The notes: a model not told the origin generated them from the letters alone. Positions 1 through 11,697 are shown, counted from the first letter of the whole stretch. The stretch: DNA of 63,976 nucleotides, filler included, from Saprolegnia diclina VS20 (GCF_000281045.1; 4 parts of 2 records of this genome joined end to end with filler, not necessarily neighbours in it); one strand, 5' to 3'. Made by a program: numbers and translations.

Positions 1-133
1 GGCACCGACTGCTTCATCGTGTACCACACGGACGCCAAAAAACGACCCACTGCGTGGGCGGAGCCTCTTGACAAGCATCGATCTGCACCGCCTTCCCAAA
101 GAAATCGAAACAAATAAGGACCAGTTGTATAAT

Positions 134-245
134 AAATATATATTAACGTGTTTCGCGTTATCTTCGTTGTTACATATACTTCGCATACGTAGAGACCGGC
201 AATCTCCTTTGTATTCATTCGTTCGCCGGGCCGTGGCTGTGCATG
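134..245 (-). repeat. Partial copy of a short dispersed retroposon-like repeat (second copy at 59601-59781)
   Basis: aacgtgtttcgcgttatcttc...acttcgcatacgtagagac...gcaatctcctt...ccgtggctg aligns with about 59600-59710. Both copies have a TA-rich end. Confidence 0.75.
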
Positions 246-455
246 CGCCAGCGCAGGCGTTTAAATATTGAAAACGAGTAAATCAGCTGTAAAGGCGTTG
301 TGCATGGCTGCATTTATTCACGAAGGACTCTGAATCATCACACAACCATCACGCAACAGTCACCTTGCTGTACCTTGAGACTGCTTTAGAAATAAATCGA
401 TTCGGGTGCAAATGAACGGTGTTTCCTGGTCCCGATTGCTTGCATGTGAGCTTTC

Positions 456-908
456 TCGACCCCAAGAAAGCACCGTACAAATACTGTAGCGATGGGATAA
501 CATTGAAAATGTCAACGAAGTGCTTTATGATGTGGCGGACCCCTAGAAAGCACCGAACAAATACTGTAGCGATGGGATAACATTGAAAATGTCAACGAAG
601 TGCTTTATGATGTGGCGGACCCCTAGAAAGCACCGTACAAATACAATAGCGATGGAATAACATTGAAAAATGTCAATGCCTTTATTTATTCGTGCATATT
701 TATTCCATACATCACCCAGCGACAACAGCAATAACATCATCACACTCACAGCCTCCAAACATCTCATTTCGACCACTTACTAAGATTTGTGTACATTTTT
801 CTTCTATTTCGACCTTTCTAGGGGTCCGCCACATCATAAAGCACTTCGTTGACATTTTCAATGTTATCCCATCGCTACAGTATTTGTACGGTGCTTTCTT
901 GGGGTCGA
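456..908. repeat. 80-bp tandem repeat (~2.6 units) plus an inverted ~95-bp copy (foldback-like)
   Basis: agaaagcaccg recurs at 465, 545 and 625 (period 80). 814-908 is the reverse complement of 456-550 and runs into the gap. Confidence 0.9.
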
Positions 909-2876
909 NNNNNNNNNNNNNNNNNNNNNNNNNNNNNNNNNNNNNNNNNNNNNNNNNNNNNNNNNNNNNNNNNNNNNNNNNNNNNNNNNNNNNNNNNNNN
1001 NNNNNNNNNNNNNNNNNNNNNNNNNNNNNNNNNNNNNNNNNNNNNNNNNNNNNNNNNNNNNNNNNNNNNNNNNNNNNNNNNNNNNNNNNNNNNNNNNNNN
1101 NNNNNNNNNNNNNNNNNNNNNNNNNNNNNNNNNNNNNNNNNNNNNNNNNNNNNNNNNNNNNNNNNNNNNNNNNNNNNNNNNNNNNNNNNNNNNNNNNNNN
1201 NNNNNNNNNNNNNNNNNNNNNNNNNNNNNNNNNNNNNNNNNNNNNNNNNNNNNNNNNNNNNNNNNNNNNNNNNNNNNNNNNNNNNNNNNNNNNNNNNNNN
1301 NNNNNNNNNNNNNNNNNNNNNNNNNNNNNNNNNNNNNNNNNNNNNNNNNNNNNNNNNNNNNNNNNNNNNNNNNNNNNNNNNNNNNNNNNNNNNNNNNNNN
1401 NNNNNNNNNNNNNNNNNNNNNNNNNNNNNNNNNNNNNNNNNNNNNNNNNNNNNNNNNNNNNNNNNNNNNNNNNNNNNNNNNNNNNNNNNNNNNNNNNNNN
1501 NNNNNNNNNNNNNNNNNNNNNNNNNNNNNNNNNNNNNNNNNNNNNNNNNNNNNNNNNNNNNNNNNNNNNNNNNNNNNNNNNNNNNNNNNNNNNNNNNNNN
1601 NNNNNNNNNNNNNNNNNNNNNNNNNNNNNNNNNNNNNNNNNNNNNNNNNNNNNNNNNNNNNNNNNNNNNNNNNNNNNNNNNNNNNNNNNNNNNNNNNNNN
1701 NNNNNNNNNNNNNNNNNNNNNNNNNNNNNNNNNNNNNNNNNNNNNNNNNNNNNNNNNNNNNNNNNNNNNNNNNNNNNNNNNNNNNNNNNNNNNNNNNNNN
1801 NNNNNNNNNNNNNNNNNNNNNNNNNNNNNNNNNNNNNNNNNNNNNNNNNNNNNNNNCAACGTGGCTGCGGACTGCTTCTTCGCCCCATCCGAGGCGCCCG
1901 GTTTCTTAGAGCGCACCAAGATCACGCTGCCGTTCGTCCTGGTCGTTGCAATTGGAACATTGGAACGAGACGAGAGATATCGCAAATCCAGATTTTCCAC
2001 CCAATCTTCTACTGTATGAGTTAACGATGACTCTTGAATGGGTCAAGGCAGCAGCCCTTGGTGTTAACGAAGCATACGACTAAGTTTGCCAGGGCACTAT
2101 TCCAATGGACGGAGAGCATAGTTGGTTCCAGGGCTGCTGCAAAGGAAGACCGAAAATTGGCGCTCGATGTGAATGCGTTTTCTATCGCTTTGTTGGAATC
2201 CGCGTCTGTGGATGGAGATGGAGCCGCGCATTCGAAATTCGCGCTTGGTTACTTTTCCGTCCATGTGATTGGCTGAATTCAAATTACACGCTATCTATTG
2301 GCTGTAAATTCGCCGAATATTTTAGCCAATCCTGTGCTAGACATCGAATTGTACCACACCGTGGTGTCCTGCTGCACGGCCAGGCTTGTACCGCCATGCT
2401 CCAGCAGAGGCCATGGCGGCTCGGGCGGTACTAGTACTTACAATGTTAGTATTTCATCTGTCGGAGATCCAGCCGGCAAAATCCCACGCGTGTGAAGCTT
2501 GATGGGACACGTAAAATGGCAGTAGCATGGCCTGGTAGATGGAGTTTTGGGCTGGCGCAACGCACCGGTAAGCTGTGTCCATGAGCCAAGGGAATAAAAC
2601 AGCCTTGCCATGAGCTGAGCCGGTTTGTTGCCGGTCGTCTGGGAAGCTGGGACTCCCGGACGCCCGGCTTCCAGGGCCTCCAGCTGCCAAAGGCTCAGCG
2701 GAACAGGCGTCGATTGGTCAAATCGAGGCACCTTTACCCAAATTGGACCAATCGTGATATAGGACCACGGTAGCGAAACCTCTGCGCAAACAAGCCAGGT
2801 GGCCAATGCGAAATTGCGACGCCGCCGCCAACCGACTGATGCATCGCCTCGCTGGTGCGTCTTGCCTGCGCTACCC

Positions 2877-4099
2877 ATGTCCAATTCGCTCACCGCATCT
2901 CGGACCTATGTAGCTCTGGCGCTACTGTGCGCAAGCGGCTGCGTACGCGCTGATGTCTGCGCGACTGCGTCCACGTGTCTCGCGAACGGTGTTGCCGCGT
3001 GCACGACCAATTGCCCGCCGTGCATCTACTCGACCGGCGGCAGCTTCACGTGCTTTGATCCAATTGCGTCCGGCTGCCCGTTTGGCGCACCGCTGGCTGT
3101 GTGTAGTACGTACATTGCTATATGCAACACTGTGCAGTCTCTTAGTTGCCTTGCACTCAGCCGCTTGCACTCGTAGACGGAAAGGGCATCTTCACGTCGG
3201 TCCCCGCGACGCCGTCCTCGACGCCGGCCACAACACCAAGCCCCTCCGCAACACCAGCACCGACAACATCCTTGCGCACGACAACGGCACCACCTACGGC
3301 CAGTCCGCTCAACCAGACCGCCTCGATTGCGACACCGGCAGCCTCCAATGCAACGTCGGCAAACACCACGACATCGTCGACGCCCAGCGGCACCATCTTT
3401 GGTGTCATTGGGTGTGCGATTGCGACCATTCTTCTCCTTGGTTGCCTCGCGTACCAGCGCAATGCGGCCCAGCAAAAGAACTTCAACAATAGCTGGACGA
3501 GCCCCACGACGCATCCTAGCTTCCTTATGACCATGGACGCGCCGCCGAAGACCAAGGGTGTAAATGAGACGACAGTTGCGCAGCGCGGCCTTGTCGCGCC
3601 GGCCACGACACCGTACGCCAAGCGCGACCGATCGTTCACAATGTCGCGGTCCAGCACGTCGACAGACGTCGAGCGCCGCGACTCGCTCGTGTCGATCCAA
3701 AGTACGTCCTCGAACGGGTACTCGCAAAGTCTCTTTGGGCGCGCGAAGGAGGTCGTCATTGGAAGCTCTGTCTCGAGCTCCGTCTCGAGTGTCTCGAGTA
3801 TCTTTGAGATTGGCCGCCAGCACGACCGCGACGTGCTCAACGACAGCTTCATCACGTCTGGGCACATTGCCGAAGAAGAGGACGACGAGCCGTGGGGTCA
3901 ACAGCGCGACTCGGTCGTCATCATGGACGACGGTCACCACGTGCTCATGGAGTCCCACGGCGACGACGACGACGACGATGTGTTTGACAAGTCAGTCGAC
4001 GACATGCGCGAGACCAGCACTAGTGTCCGCCTCTTTAGCGAGTGCTCTGTGCTCTCCGACATGTCGGACATGCCCGACTTTGGCACTGCCCGTATTTAG
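2877..4099 (+). CDS. Type I membrane, mucin-like protein (signal peptide, Cys-rich domain, Thr/Ser/Pro stalk, TM helix, Ser/Asp-rich tail)
   Basis: ATG 2877 followed by a hydrophobic leader and a Cys-rich module. GT-AG intron 3106-3176 joins in frame to the T/S/P-rich ORF. TM segment IFGVIGCAIATILLLGCLAY. Stop at 4099. Confidence 0.75.
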
Positions 4100-4284
4100 T
4101 CGTCGTCGTACCCTTATTTTATTCTATCAGATTGTGTTGTTAATCGATGACTGCTTCCTTCAGGGAGCCGTTCGTGAGAGGCATCGACAACGGGTCCGAT
4201 GATCGTCTGCAGTATGTATGTTCTTGGTGGGATCCTCGTCAGTCAAATGCAAGGGAAATATGAACAAGTTCTTATTTATCTTGG

Positions 4285-5594
4285 TCAAATGTGAGTCGAT
4301 AAGCCACCGTTAGGCATGGCGCAACTGCGGTGCACAACAAGACCCACGAGCGTGAGCACGGTCAAGTACAAGTGCTGCTTGAGAAGCGACTGCGTCTCGG
4401 CCCCTCGGAGGTCCATGGTCTCGCTTTGCTTGCACAAGAGGTCCGTCAAGATCGTCGCCGTCGTCGATGATTGGTCGTCGACGGTGAGGCGGAAGGCGTC
4501 GAGGCTTTGCAAAATCGCCTCGCGGTCGCCGTGTTCAAAGATATGCAAAAGCAGACTGGTGCTCTGGAGGCACGCGACAGCTTCGACGTCGTTACGCACC
4601 TGGTCAGCGCACTTCTCGCTGAGAGGCGCCACGAAGCACGGGACGACGTCCAGGTCGACGTACGTGGCAGCGAGCTCGGTTGCTACGCCCAGCATNNNNN
4701 NNNNNNNNNNNNNNNNNNNNNNNNNNNNNNNNNNNNNNNNNNNNNNNNNNNNNNNNNNNNNNNNNNNNNNNNNNNNNNNNNNNNNNNNNNNNNNNNNNNN
4801 NNNNNNNNNNNNNNNNNNNNNNNNNNNNNNNNNNNNNNNNNNNNNNNNNNNNNNNNNNNNNNNNNNNNNNNNNNNNNNNNNNNNNNNNNNNNNNNNNNNN
4901 NNNNNNNNNNNNNNNNNNNNNNNNNNNNNNNNNNNNNNNNNNNNNNNNNNNNNNNNNNNNNNNNNNNNNNNNNNNNNNNNNNNNNNNNNNNNNNNNNNNN
5001 NNNNNNNNNNNNNNNNNNNNNNNNNNNNNNNNNNNNNNNNNNNNNNNNNNNNNNNNNNNNNNNNNNNNNNNNNNNNNNNNNNNNNNNNNNNNNNNNNNNN
5101 NNNNNNNNNNNNNNNNNNNNNNNNNNNNNNNNNNNNNNNNNNNNNNNNNNNNNNNNNNNNNNNNNNNNNNNNNNNNNNNNNNNNNNNNNNCTGCAACGAA
5201 GCGCTTTCCGCGCCGGTTTGCAGCAGCTGGAGCACCACGATTTGTGCGTCGCCCAGCGGGCTTTGCCATTATCGTCGTCACTCGCCTTGTCGTCCTCGAT
5301 GCTCGCCGGCGCAGCTTGCATCTTCTTCGCTGCGGCGCGTACCCACTGCAGCGGCGGCGCTAGCGCCGAGGCCTCGGGTGGCACGACGGCTGGCGCCGGG
5401 CGCTCGATCACGCCGTGGTTGTGCACGACCTGCGCGTTGGGGCACACCGCCATGTCGGCGGCGAAGAGCGTCCACGCGCGGTTGGTCGCACACGAGTTGC
5501 AGGCCGGCCGCGGATTCTCCCATTGGCTCTCGCGGAACCCCGACTGCTTGGCCTGAGGGACGCGGCAGTCGTCGCAGATCAGGACTCTTGGCAT
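4285..5594 (-). CDS. Hypothetical protein with CxxC pairs, interrupted by an assembly gap
   Basis: MPRVLICDDC...CNSC... starts at 5594, and an open helical-looking frame lies 3' of the gap (4285-4695). Continuity across the gap cannot be verified. Confidence 0.4.
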
Positions 5595-5882
5595 ATTGCG
5601 ATATTCCGAAAATAGTACAAACAGAACACTATTTAGAGCACGTCGGAGACAGAGGCGCATTCCAGGTCTGCGTAGCGTGGAGTATGCGCTACCGCTTCAG
5701 CCTTTCTTGCCTCGACAGGTGTCGAATTCAGCGTGCGCTTGTCGTCCCGTCACTTTATCGTAACCTGCTCGAGCGTTGCGGTGATGAATCCAAATCATAC
5801 ACTATTTCCGTTGATATGAATATCTTGGTGAACCGGCGTCGAACAACAGTCGTGACACGAAGAAGATCCAAGCCGAGGTGCG

Positions 5883-6560
5883 ATGGGATGGAAGATGACG
5901 CTGCTCGGCGGCCTCGCTGCCTGCTGCGGCGCCCTCGTCGACGCCGACCAAGTCGCGTCCAGCGGCAGCTCGTACCTTGTCAGCCGTCCGACCAAACTCG
6001 GCGCCACGGCCACGTCCTGGTACGGTCCCTGACGCCGCGCTACCTATGGAAGATTCCTTGGTCGCAAGCCGACAGAGTACGGGGCTGTGGGCGTCACGAC
6101 CGCCAACGTAGCGTCCGGCGGGTCGCTCGCATGGTCCGACACCGTCGGGTCCGGCGACACGGAGATCGGGGGCGGCAATGCGCTCGACTCGGCAGGCAAC
6201 GTCTACGTCGTCGGCTCGACGCGCGGCAACATGACGTCCAACAACGCCAACGCAGGCAACTTTGACTGGTTCATCCTCAGGTACTTGCCGTTCGGGGCGC
6301 GCAGCTGGACCAAACAGGTTGGATACGTGAGAGCATACGGTAGTGGATGCTGCATCTCGATAAATAGGTGGGCACACCGGCGCACGACGAAGCGCGGACT
6401 GTCATCGTAACCACCGAGGCCGACGGCAACGAACGGCTACATCTACGTCCTTGGTGTCACGTACGGTGCCATGGACGATATGCTGCACGTCTCGAATGGG
6501 TACCGGCAGTTTGGTGGCCGCGACCTCTTTTCGATCTCGACGAGACGGCCGCCAAGGCCA
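5883..6560 (+). pseudogene. Degenerate secreted beta-propeller (SBBP-like repeat) protein
   Basis: Signal-like MGWKMTLLGGLAACCGALVDA, then blade motifs LDSAGNVYVVGST, DWFILRY...WTKQVGT and YIYVLGVTYG. Has an in-frame stop near 6030 and a frameshift near 6430, then truncates. Confidence 0.55.
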
Positions 6561-6699
6561 GTGTCTGCGTACGCGCCGCCATCGTCTCTACCGACACGTG
6601 CGCTCATGGTACCCGAGAGACAATTTCTTCCTGCGAGCTCAGCTCAATAACAATAATTGACCCACCTCAAGAACAACCAACGATTTAGGCCATGCCCAC

Positions 6700-7240
6700 G
6701 TTTCACTTTTACGCCGACGGCAAGATCCAGCAGCCTCTTGGCGTACGTCCCTTGTTGATTGCTCGTTTCGTGGACGCTCATCCCATACGTAGTTTGCCGG
6801 CGCCGACTCGAAGCAGCTCCATGCCAACGTCCAGAAGCTCGTCGCCTTGTAGGAAACCACTACAAATCGAATATCAACTTGTGCTGGCACAAGGGCTCTA
6901 TCACGATCACCGAGTCCTTCTCGTTGACGTTGCGTCAAAGCTTTGGAGGCGTTGCAGCTCTTATCCTTCGCGATGAAGTCCAACAGCAAGCGATGACACC
7001 GTCAGGCATGATAAATGGACCTTGCCGCAGATGGTGATGAGGTACTTGCGGTCGAGCTTTCGCAAAATGCGCGAAATTGCAGGTAGACAAAAAAGTGGAT
7101 AGTGTTGTCGAGGACGTACCCGCAGTCTTTGAGGCAGCATAGATCAACGAGGACGGGGTCGGCGACGTCGGGACTGGTTGATGGCTCGTAGAGCACGCGC
7201 ACCCAGGCCACTTGGCCGTGGGCTTAAGGAGCTCCAAGGC
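6700..7240 (-). mobile_element. Possible degenerate non-LTR retrotransposon (L1/Tx1-like) C-terminal remnant
   Basis: Frameshifted CLKDC...DNTIHFF/STCNFA resembles the zinc-binding motif downstream of L1-type reverse transcriptases. Confidence 0.3.
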
Positions 7241-7436
7241 GAGGGCACTGAAAATGTGGCTTTACCAAATCATTCTTCTTCTTCGCGTAACCGAAGGCTC
7301 TGGATTGCGAGAAACACGCGTTCAAGTGTCGTTGCCGTGACGCTGCTCTCGAGTTGTCCAATAGTCGCGATGATGATGCTATGAGAAAGTCCATTTCTCA
7401 AATGATGAATACGAAATATCAAATTGACTTTAGTCG

Positions 7437-10400
7437 CTACACGACGGCTTCTGTCATCTCGGGATCAACGTCGTCGAGTTCTGCCAAAGCGTGCGGGGGA
7501 CCGGCAACTGCGGGGATGGGGAGCGTCAACCACCACGGTGGGGGCTCCACAAAAACACGGCGCTTGAGTGGCGTGGAGCGGGGAACATTCCGAAGAAGCG
7601 CAGGGTCTCCCACAAGATCCCATAGTTGCTTGCGGCGGAGGAAACGAGTATTTGGACGTCGCGTGGTCTCACGTGTGGCTGTGGCACGCTCTTGAAACTC
7701 TTGGGCTGCGTCGTGGCTGATGTTGCTGCTCGCATCGAGAGCGATGCCTGGGTCACCGCCCGTGTTGTCCTCGTTGCCATTGGCAGGACACTCGATGTCA
7801 CCCATGCGGCCAGCATCAACGTCGCAGATGCTTGGGGAGCGCTGGACCACCGAGGAATGGCCCGAGACGGCATGTGGTGGCACGTCACCACCGCTGGCGG
7901 GCTCAACATTACCAATGCGCGCCTCGTCGACAGCATCGACGCCGACCTCACGATTACTACGGGCCACGAAGCCGCTGTCTCGTTGGTCGTCGTCGAAAGT
8001 GTAGACATCGTCATCAAACTGGTGTGCTTTGNNNNNNNNNNNNNNNNNNNNNNNNNNNNNNNNNNNNNNNNNNNNNNNNNNNNNNNNNNNNNNNNNNNNN
8101 NNNNNNNNNNNNNNNNNNNNNNNNNNNNNNNNNNNNNNNNNNNNNNNNNNNNNNNNNNNNNNNNNNNNNNNNNNNNNNNNNNNNNNNNNNNNNNNNNNNN
8201 NNNNNNNNNNNNNGCCGTCGTCGATTGAAGAGACAGCAAAGCGCGCCTCGTCGATAGCGTTGACGTCGATCTGGTGCCGAGGTAGGTCCCCGACGTCGTC
8301 GCATACTTGGTCGTAGTCGAAAGCGTAGCCCGTGTCCACATCGTCATCAATCTGGGGTGCTTCGAGGTGGAGGGCGCGCATCGAGCCAGAGTCGGCGTCA
8401 TCGTCACGGGAGCTCGTATCTTGTCGAGCCGTCGAGGCGTGGACGGCACACCGCAACGACACGTCATCACCGTCGTCGATTGAAGGAACGCCGACCATGG
8501 GCGGTTGCCGTGTTGCTCGGGCAAGGATGTCACCACCCGAGGACGTGTTCTCGCGGTCGTGAGTCTGCCAGGTAGCCACGCCGTCGTTCTCGCCTTCGCC
8601 GTCGGCAATGCGTTCATTGTCGTTCACGATAGCGGCAGCATCGTCGTCGCACTGGACCACTGAGGAACGGTCGAGAGGATCGGACACCAAAGACGACACG
8701 GGTTGGCTTGCCGGGGGCTCCGAAGAACGTCGGTGGATGCCGACGTCAACGCCGTCATTCGGCAAGGCTGCAGCAGATGCAGTGTACGGCCGACACTGCA
8801 CCTGGGCGTTTTTTAGCACGAGTTCCTTCCATTGCAGCGGTGCGCAAACAACCTGGGCAGCGAGTGCCTTCACGGCGTTGTCGGTGTCTCCCGGGAGCAT
8901 GAGCATGTACCGTGCCGCCATGAGAAACTTGACGCAATGCCCGAGCCGCATGCCGTGCAAGTCGTCGGGCCATTCGGGTGTGTGAGGCACAATGTACGAT
9001 TCGGGCACGTCGATGGAGCCCACGATCGAGCAGTAAGTCTCCAGCCCTCGAACGACACGCGCCCACGTAGCAGGCGTGTTGAACTCGAATTTGATCTTGT
9101 TCAGTTGACGCGTTTGCGCCTTGTTCCAGCATTCCTTGCGCAGGCCGAGCGTCCACGCGAGCTCGCCGAGCGGCGCGCCACGCCACGGCGACGACGACCG
9201 CGGCGGCTCACTTGGGACGATGTAATCAAACGGAATGGTCGTCGTCTCATCGCGGCGGGTAAAGCGAGCGACAAGCTTGACAAAGTCGTTGAAGGGCGGG
9301 ATGTCGGCGAAAAGCCCCAGCTTCCGAAGACATTTTTCTGCGTTCGGTTCGAGCTCAAACCAGTGGTACCGCAAAGCCGGAAGCACGCGAGAGAGTACGA
9401 TGCCACCGGAGCCGACCGGCCACGCCTCGTCTTCGTGGGGCACCGCAAAGTTGTCTTCCATGGCACCCAAAGGCCCGACTTCGGAATCGTACGTTTCCAA
9501 CGCCGCCACCAACGTCGCGAGTTCGACCGTGTGCACGTGGAAAGCGTGGCGCTGCGTGAGACCCTGCATGACCGTCGTGCGCTTCACGCAGCGTGCGCTC
9601 GGCGTGTTGCATGGCCACGTAAAGCCAATGGTCTTGAGCTTGGCTTCAAACGCATCGTTCAAAACGCGGTCTTGATATCGAATACTATGGCTGCAGGCGC
9701 CGAGTTTAAAACCATGGAGCATCTCCGGCCACTTTTGCGGGTCAGCTGCAATGACATAGCCCTGGATCACCTTGGCCGACTTCTTGACGCGTCGATGGAT
9801 CGCGAGGCCGTAGAGTTGCTTGTCGTCGCTCTCAATGTTGGCAGCTGCCTCAGTGACCGAGCTTGTGGCATCGTGGCGTGTGACGAGCTCAAAGCCCAGC
9901 GCGTCCAAGGAGGCCTTCTGCATCGGGTCGAGCGCCACCGTCCGAAGCGAGTCGGTGATTGCCCCAAGCTCAAGCCCTCGACTAGCGAGCGGCCACGGCC
10001 ACGATGCGGTCGTCGGCACAACAAAGGCGACCGGCACGTCGATGTGCCCAAAGAGTTGAAGAAATGTCTCCAGCGCTTCCACGACGACCATCCATGCCTG
10101 CCGAGTGGCCAGCGGCATGCCGGCGTACAGAGCTGCGCGATCGTGCCGCTGCGAGGCCAGTGGCAAGAGCCCTCGCGGTGGCAGGTCAACGTCGGTGCGA
10201 ACCGCTCCGGCAGCGAGAATCGCGTCGACGTCCACTTTTGTTGTCGGCGGCAAGAGGCGCAGCGCCATTGCATGCGTGAGTTGCTGGTAGAGCTGCCCGA
10301 GGTGCAAACCGTGGAGGTCTGATGGCCAATCGGACGTGCGCGGGACCTCGAAATCGTCCGGCACCGACGTTGCCTTGTGGACGTGAGCGTGGTGACAAAG

Positions 10401-11237
10401 GCCGCGGACCGTGCGCGCCCACGTCGTTGGCGAGTCGAACACCAACTGCAGCTCGTCGATCGCGAGACGCTTGTCCTCGGGCAGCACGTCGTACTTGATG
10501 CCGAGGTACCACACCTGTTGGCCCAGTTCAAACCCACGAAACTCTGCTGGCCACGCGGCGTCCGGAGGCACACAAAAGTCGCGGGGCACACTACGGCCGC
10601 CGACGTTGTTCTTGAAGCACGAGAGGAGGCGCAGGGCGCGAGGCCACGTCAACCGATCGGTGCAAAGGCCAAGATCGCGCAAGCAGACGGCGTCGTTGGA
10701 CGCGAGCCAATAAAAGTGGCTGCGGAGCACGCGCGGCGCGTACGCCAGAGCCACATTGGCCAGCTCGGGCCGCCACGCATCCTCAAGCGGCACAGCAAAC
10801 GTGGCGGGTACGTCGAGATGACCGTAGCGAATGCGGTACGTCTGGAGCGCCTGGACAAGCCATTCAAGCAGGACCGACGTGGTATGCTTCTTAAACCGCG
10901 GGACGACTCCGGTCGTCGCTGCCTCGAAAACGGGCATCCTGAAATGGTTTGGGTCCAGCGACCACGGGAACCCGAGCTCATCGAGTTGCTCGAAGCATTC
11001 CGACTCGTGCGTCAGCGCTAAAGTACGAAAATGGTGCGCCGCAGCGCCGATGGTATACTGGCGCATGGCCTCGGGCCACTCGTCGTCGTCCGGCACCTTG
11101 AACGTTTTGGTCATGCGACAATGGCCCATGAGTTGCCGATACTGCGCAAAATACTCCACCTTGGTCTTCCACTGCACCGCCGGAGCCATTGCGCTCGGCA
11201 GATCCAAAACCCGAAAATGGCTTGTCTCGTCTGGCAT
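7437..11237 (-). CDS. Large intronless protein with ~9 tandem helicase-associated (HA)-like repeats and an acidic repetitive C-terminus
   Basis: Recurrent motif AL-x-x-[YF]-x3-GH-x-DVP-x-x-F-x-VP-x4-WP-x4-G-x-x-LG...L-x-x-LGF-x-W. The ORF spans a small gap. First ATG at 11237. Confidence 0.8.
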   Translation of the reverse strand: MPDETSHFRVLDLPSAMAPAVQWKTKVEYFAQYRQLMGHCRMTKTFKVPDDDEWPEAMRQYTIGAAAHHFRTLALTHESECFEQLDELGFPWSLDPNHFRMPVFEAATTGVVPRFKKHTTSVLLEWLVQALQTYRIRYGHLDVPATFAVPLEDAWRPELANVALAYAPRVLRSHFYWLASNDAVCLRDLGLCTDRLTWPRALRLLSCFKNNVGGRSVPRDFCVPPDAAWPAEFRGFELGQQVWYLGIKYDVLPEDKRLAIDELQLVFDSPTTWARTVRGLCHHAHVHKATSVPDDFEVPRTSDWPSDLHGLHLGQLYQQLTHAMALRLLPPTTKVDVDAILAAGAVRTDVDLPPRGLLPLASQRHDRAALYAGMPLATRQAWMVVVEALETFLQLFGHIDVPVAFVVPTTASWPWPLASRGLELGAITDSLRTVALDPMQKASLDALGFELVTRHDATSSVTEAAANIESDDKQLYGLAIHRRVKKSAKVIQGYVIAADPQKWPEMLHGFKLGACSHSIRYQDRVLNDAFEAKLKTIGFTWPCNTPSARCVKRTTVMQGLTQRHAFHVHTVELATLVAALETYDSEVGPLGAMEDNFAVPHEDEAWPVGSGGIVLSRVLPALRYHWFELEPNAEKCLRKLGLFADIPPFNDFVKLVARFTRRDETTTIPFDYIVPSEPPRSSSPWRGAPLGELAWTLGLRKECWNKAQTRQLNKIKFEFNTPATWARVVRGLETYCSIVGSIDVPESYIVPHTPEWPDDLHGMRLGHCVKFLMAARYMLMLPGDTDNAVKALAAQVVCAPLQWKELVLKNAQVQCRPYTASAAALPNDGVDVGIHRRSSEPPASQPVSSLVSDPLDRSSVVQCDDDAAAIVNDNERIADGEGENDGVATWQTHDRENTSSGGDILARATRQPPMVGVPSIDDGDDVSLRCAVHASTARQDTSSRDDDADSGSMRALHLEAPQIDDDVDTGYAFDYDQVCDDVGDLPRHQIDVNAIDEARFAVSSIDDGXXXXXXXXXXXXXXXXXXXXXXXXXXXXXXXXXXXXXXXXXXXXXXXXXXXXXXXXXXXXXKAHQFDDDVYTFDDDQRDSGFVARSNREVGVDAVDEARIGNVEPASGGDVPPHAVSGHSSVVQRSPSICDVDAGRMGDIECPANGNEDNTGGDPGIALDASSNISHDAAQEFQERATATRETTRRPNTRFLRRKQLWDLVGDPALLRNVPRSTPLKRRVFVEPPPWWLTLPIPAVAGPPHALAELDDVDPEMTEAVV

Positions 11238-11506
11238 GAATCGTTCCAAACGAGGGCGGCGCCGGTGCCATAGATTTGAGAGAATTATCCTCAAACACTC
11301 GAGTCAAACGCGCTACGTCACACGGACAGTTCCTTCGTTGCAACCGCTGGATGCCTCTCCACGTGCAGCTGCATGTTGGCGAGCGCATCGCCAGAGCTAC
11401 TTCTGTCCGATGTTGACACAACACGAAAGCCAATCGTTTTGCTCGAAATGAGCTGATATCAGCCAATTGGCGCTCTGCAAAGGTTCGCCGGACTGAAACG
11501 TTCGTC

Positions 11507-11697
11507 TTGCCGCCATCGACCACGGCGCGCAGCACAGGCCACGACGCCAACCTCGACCGGTCATTCACATTCACGATGTCAAGTTCCAGCACTTCGAGCG
11601 CCGCGACTCGCTCGTGTCAAAGTACGTCCTCAAACGGGTACTCGCAAAGCCTCTTTGGACGACCGAAGGAGGCCGTCATTGGAAGCTCAGTCTCGAG
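11507..11697 (+). pseudogene. Duplicated fragment of the cytoplasmic tail of the 2877-4099 gene
   Basis: QSTSSNGYSQSLFGRPKEAVIGSSVS versus QSTSSNGYSQSLFGRAKEVVIGSSVS, with DNA similarity to about 3595-3777. No 5' exons are visible and the fragment runs into a gap. Confidence 0.75.

Noticed and set aside
465..676. Regular repeats as a possible CRISPR array
   Set aside because: Units are contiguous 80-bp copies with no unique spacers, there are no cas genes, and the context is eukaryotic.
692..2024. Long ORFs spanning N runs (also 4285-6265 and others)
   Set aside because: Their length is produced by Ns translated as X.
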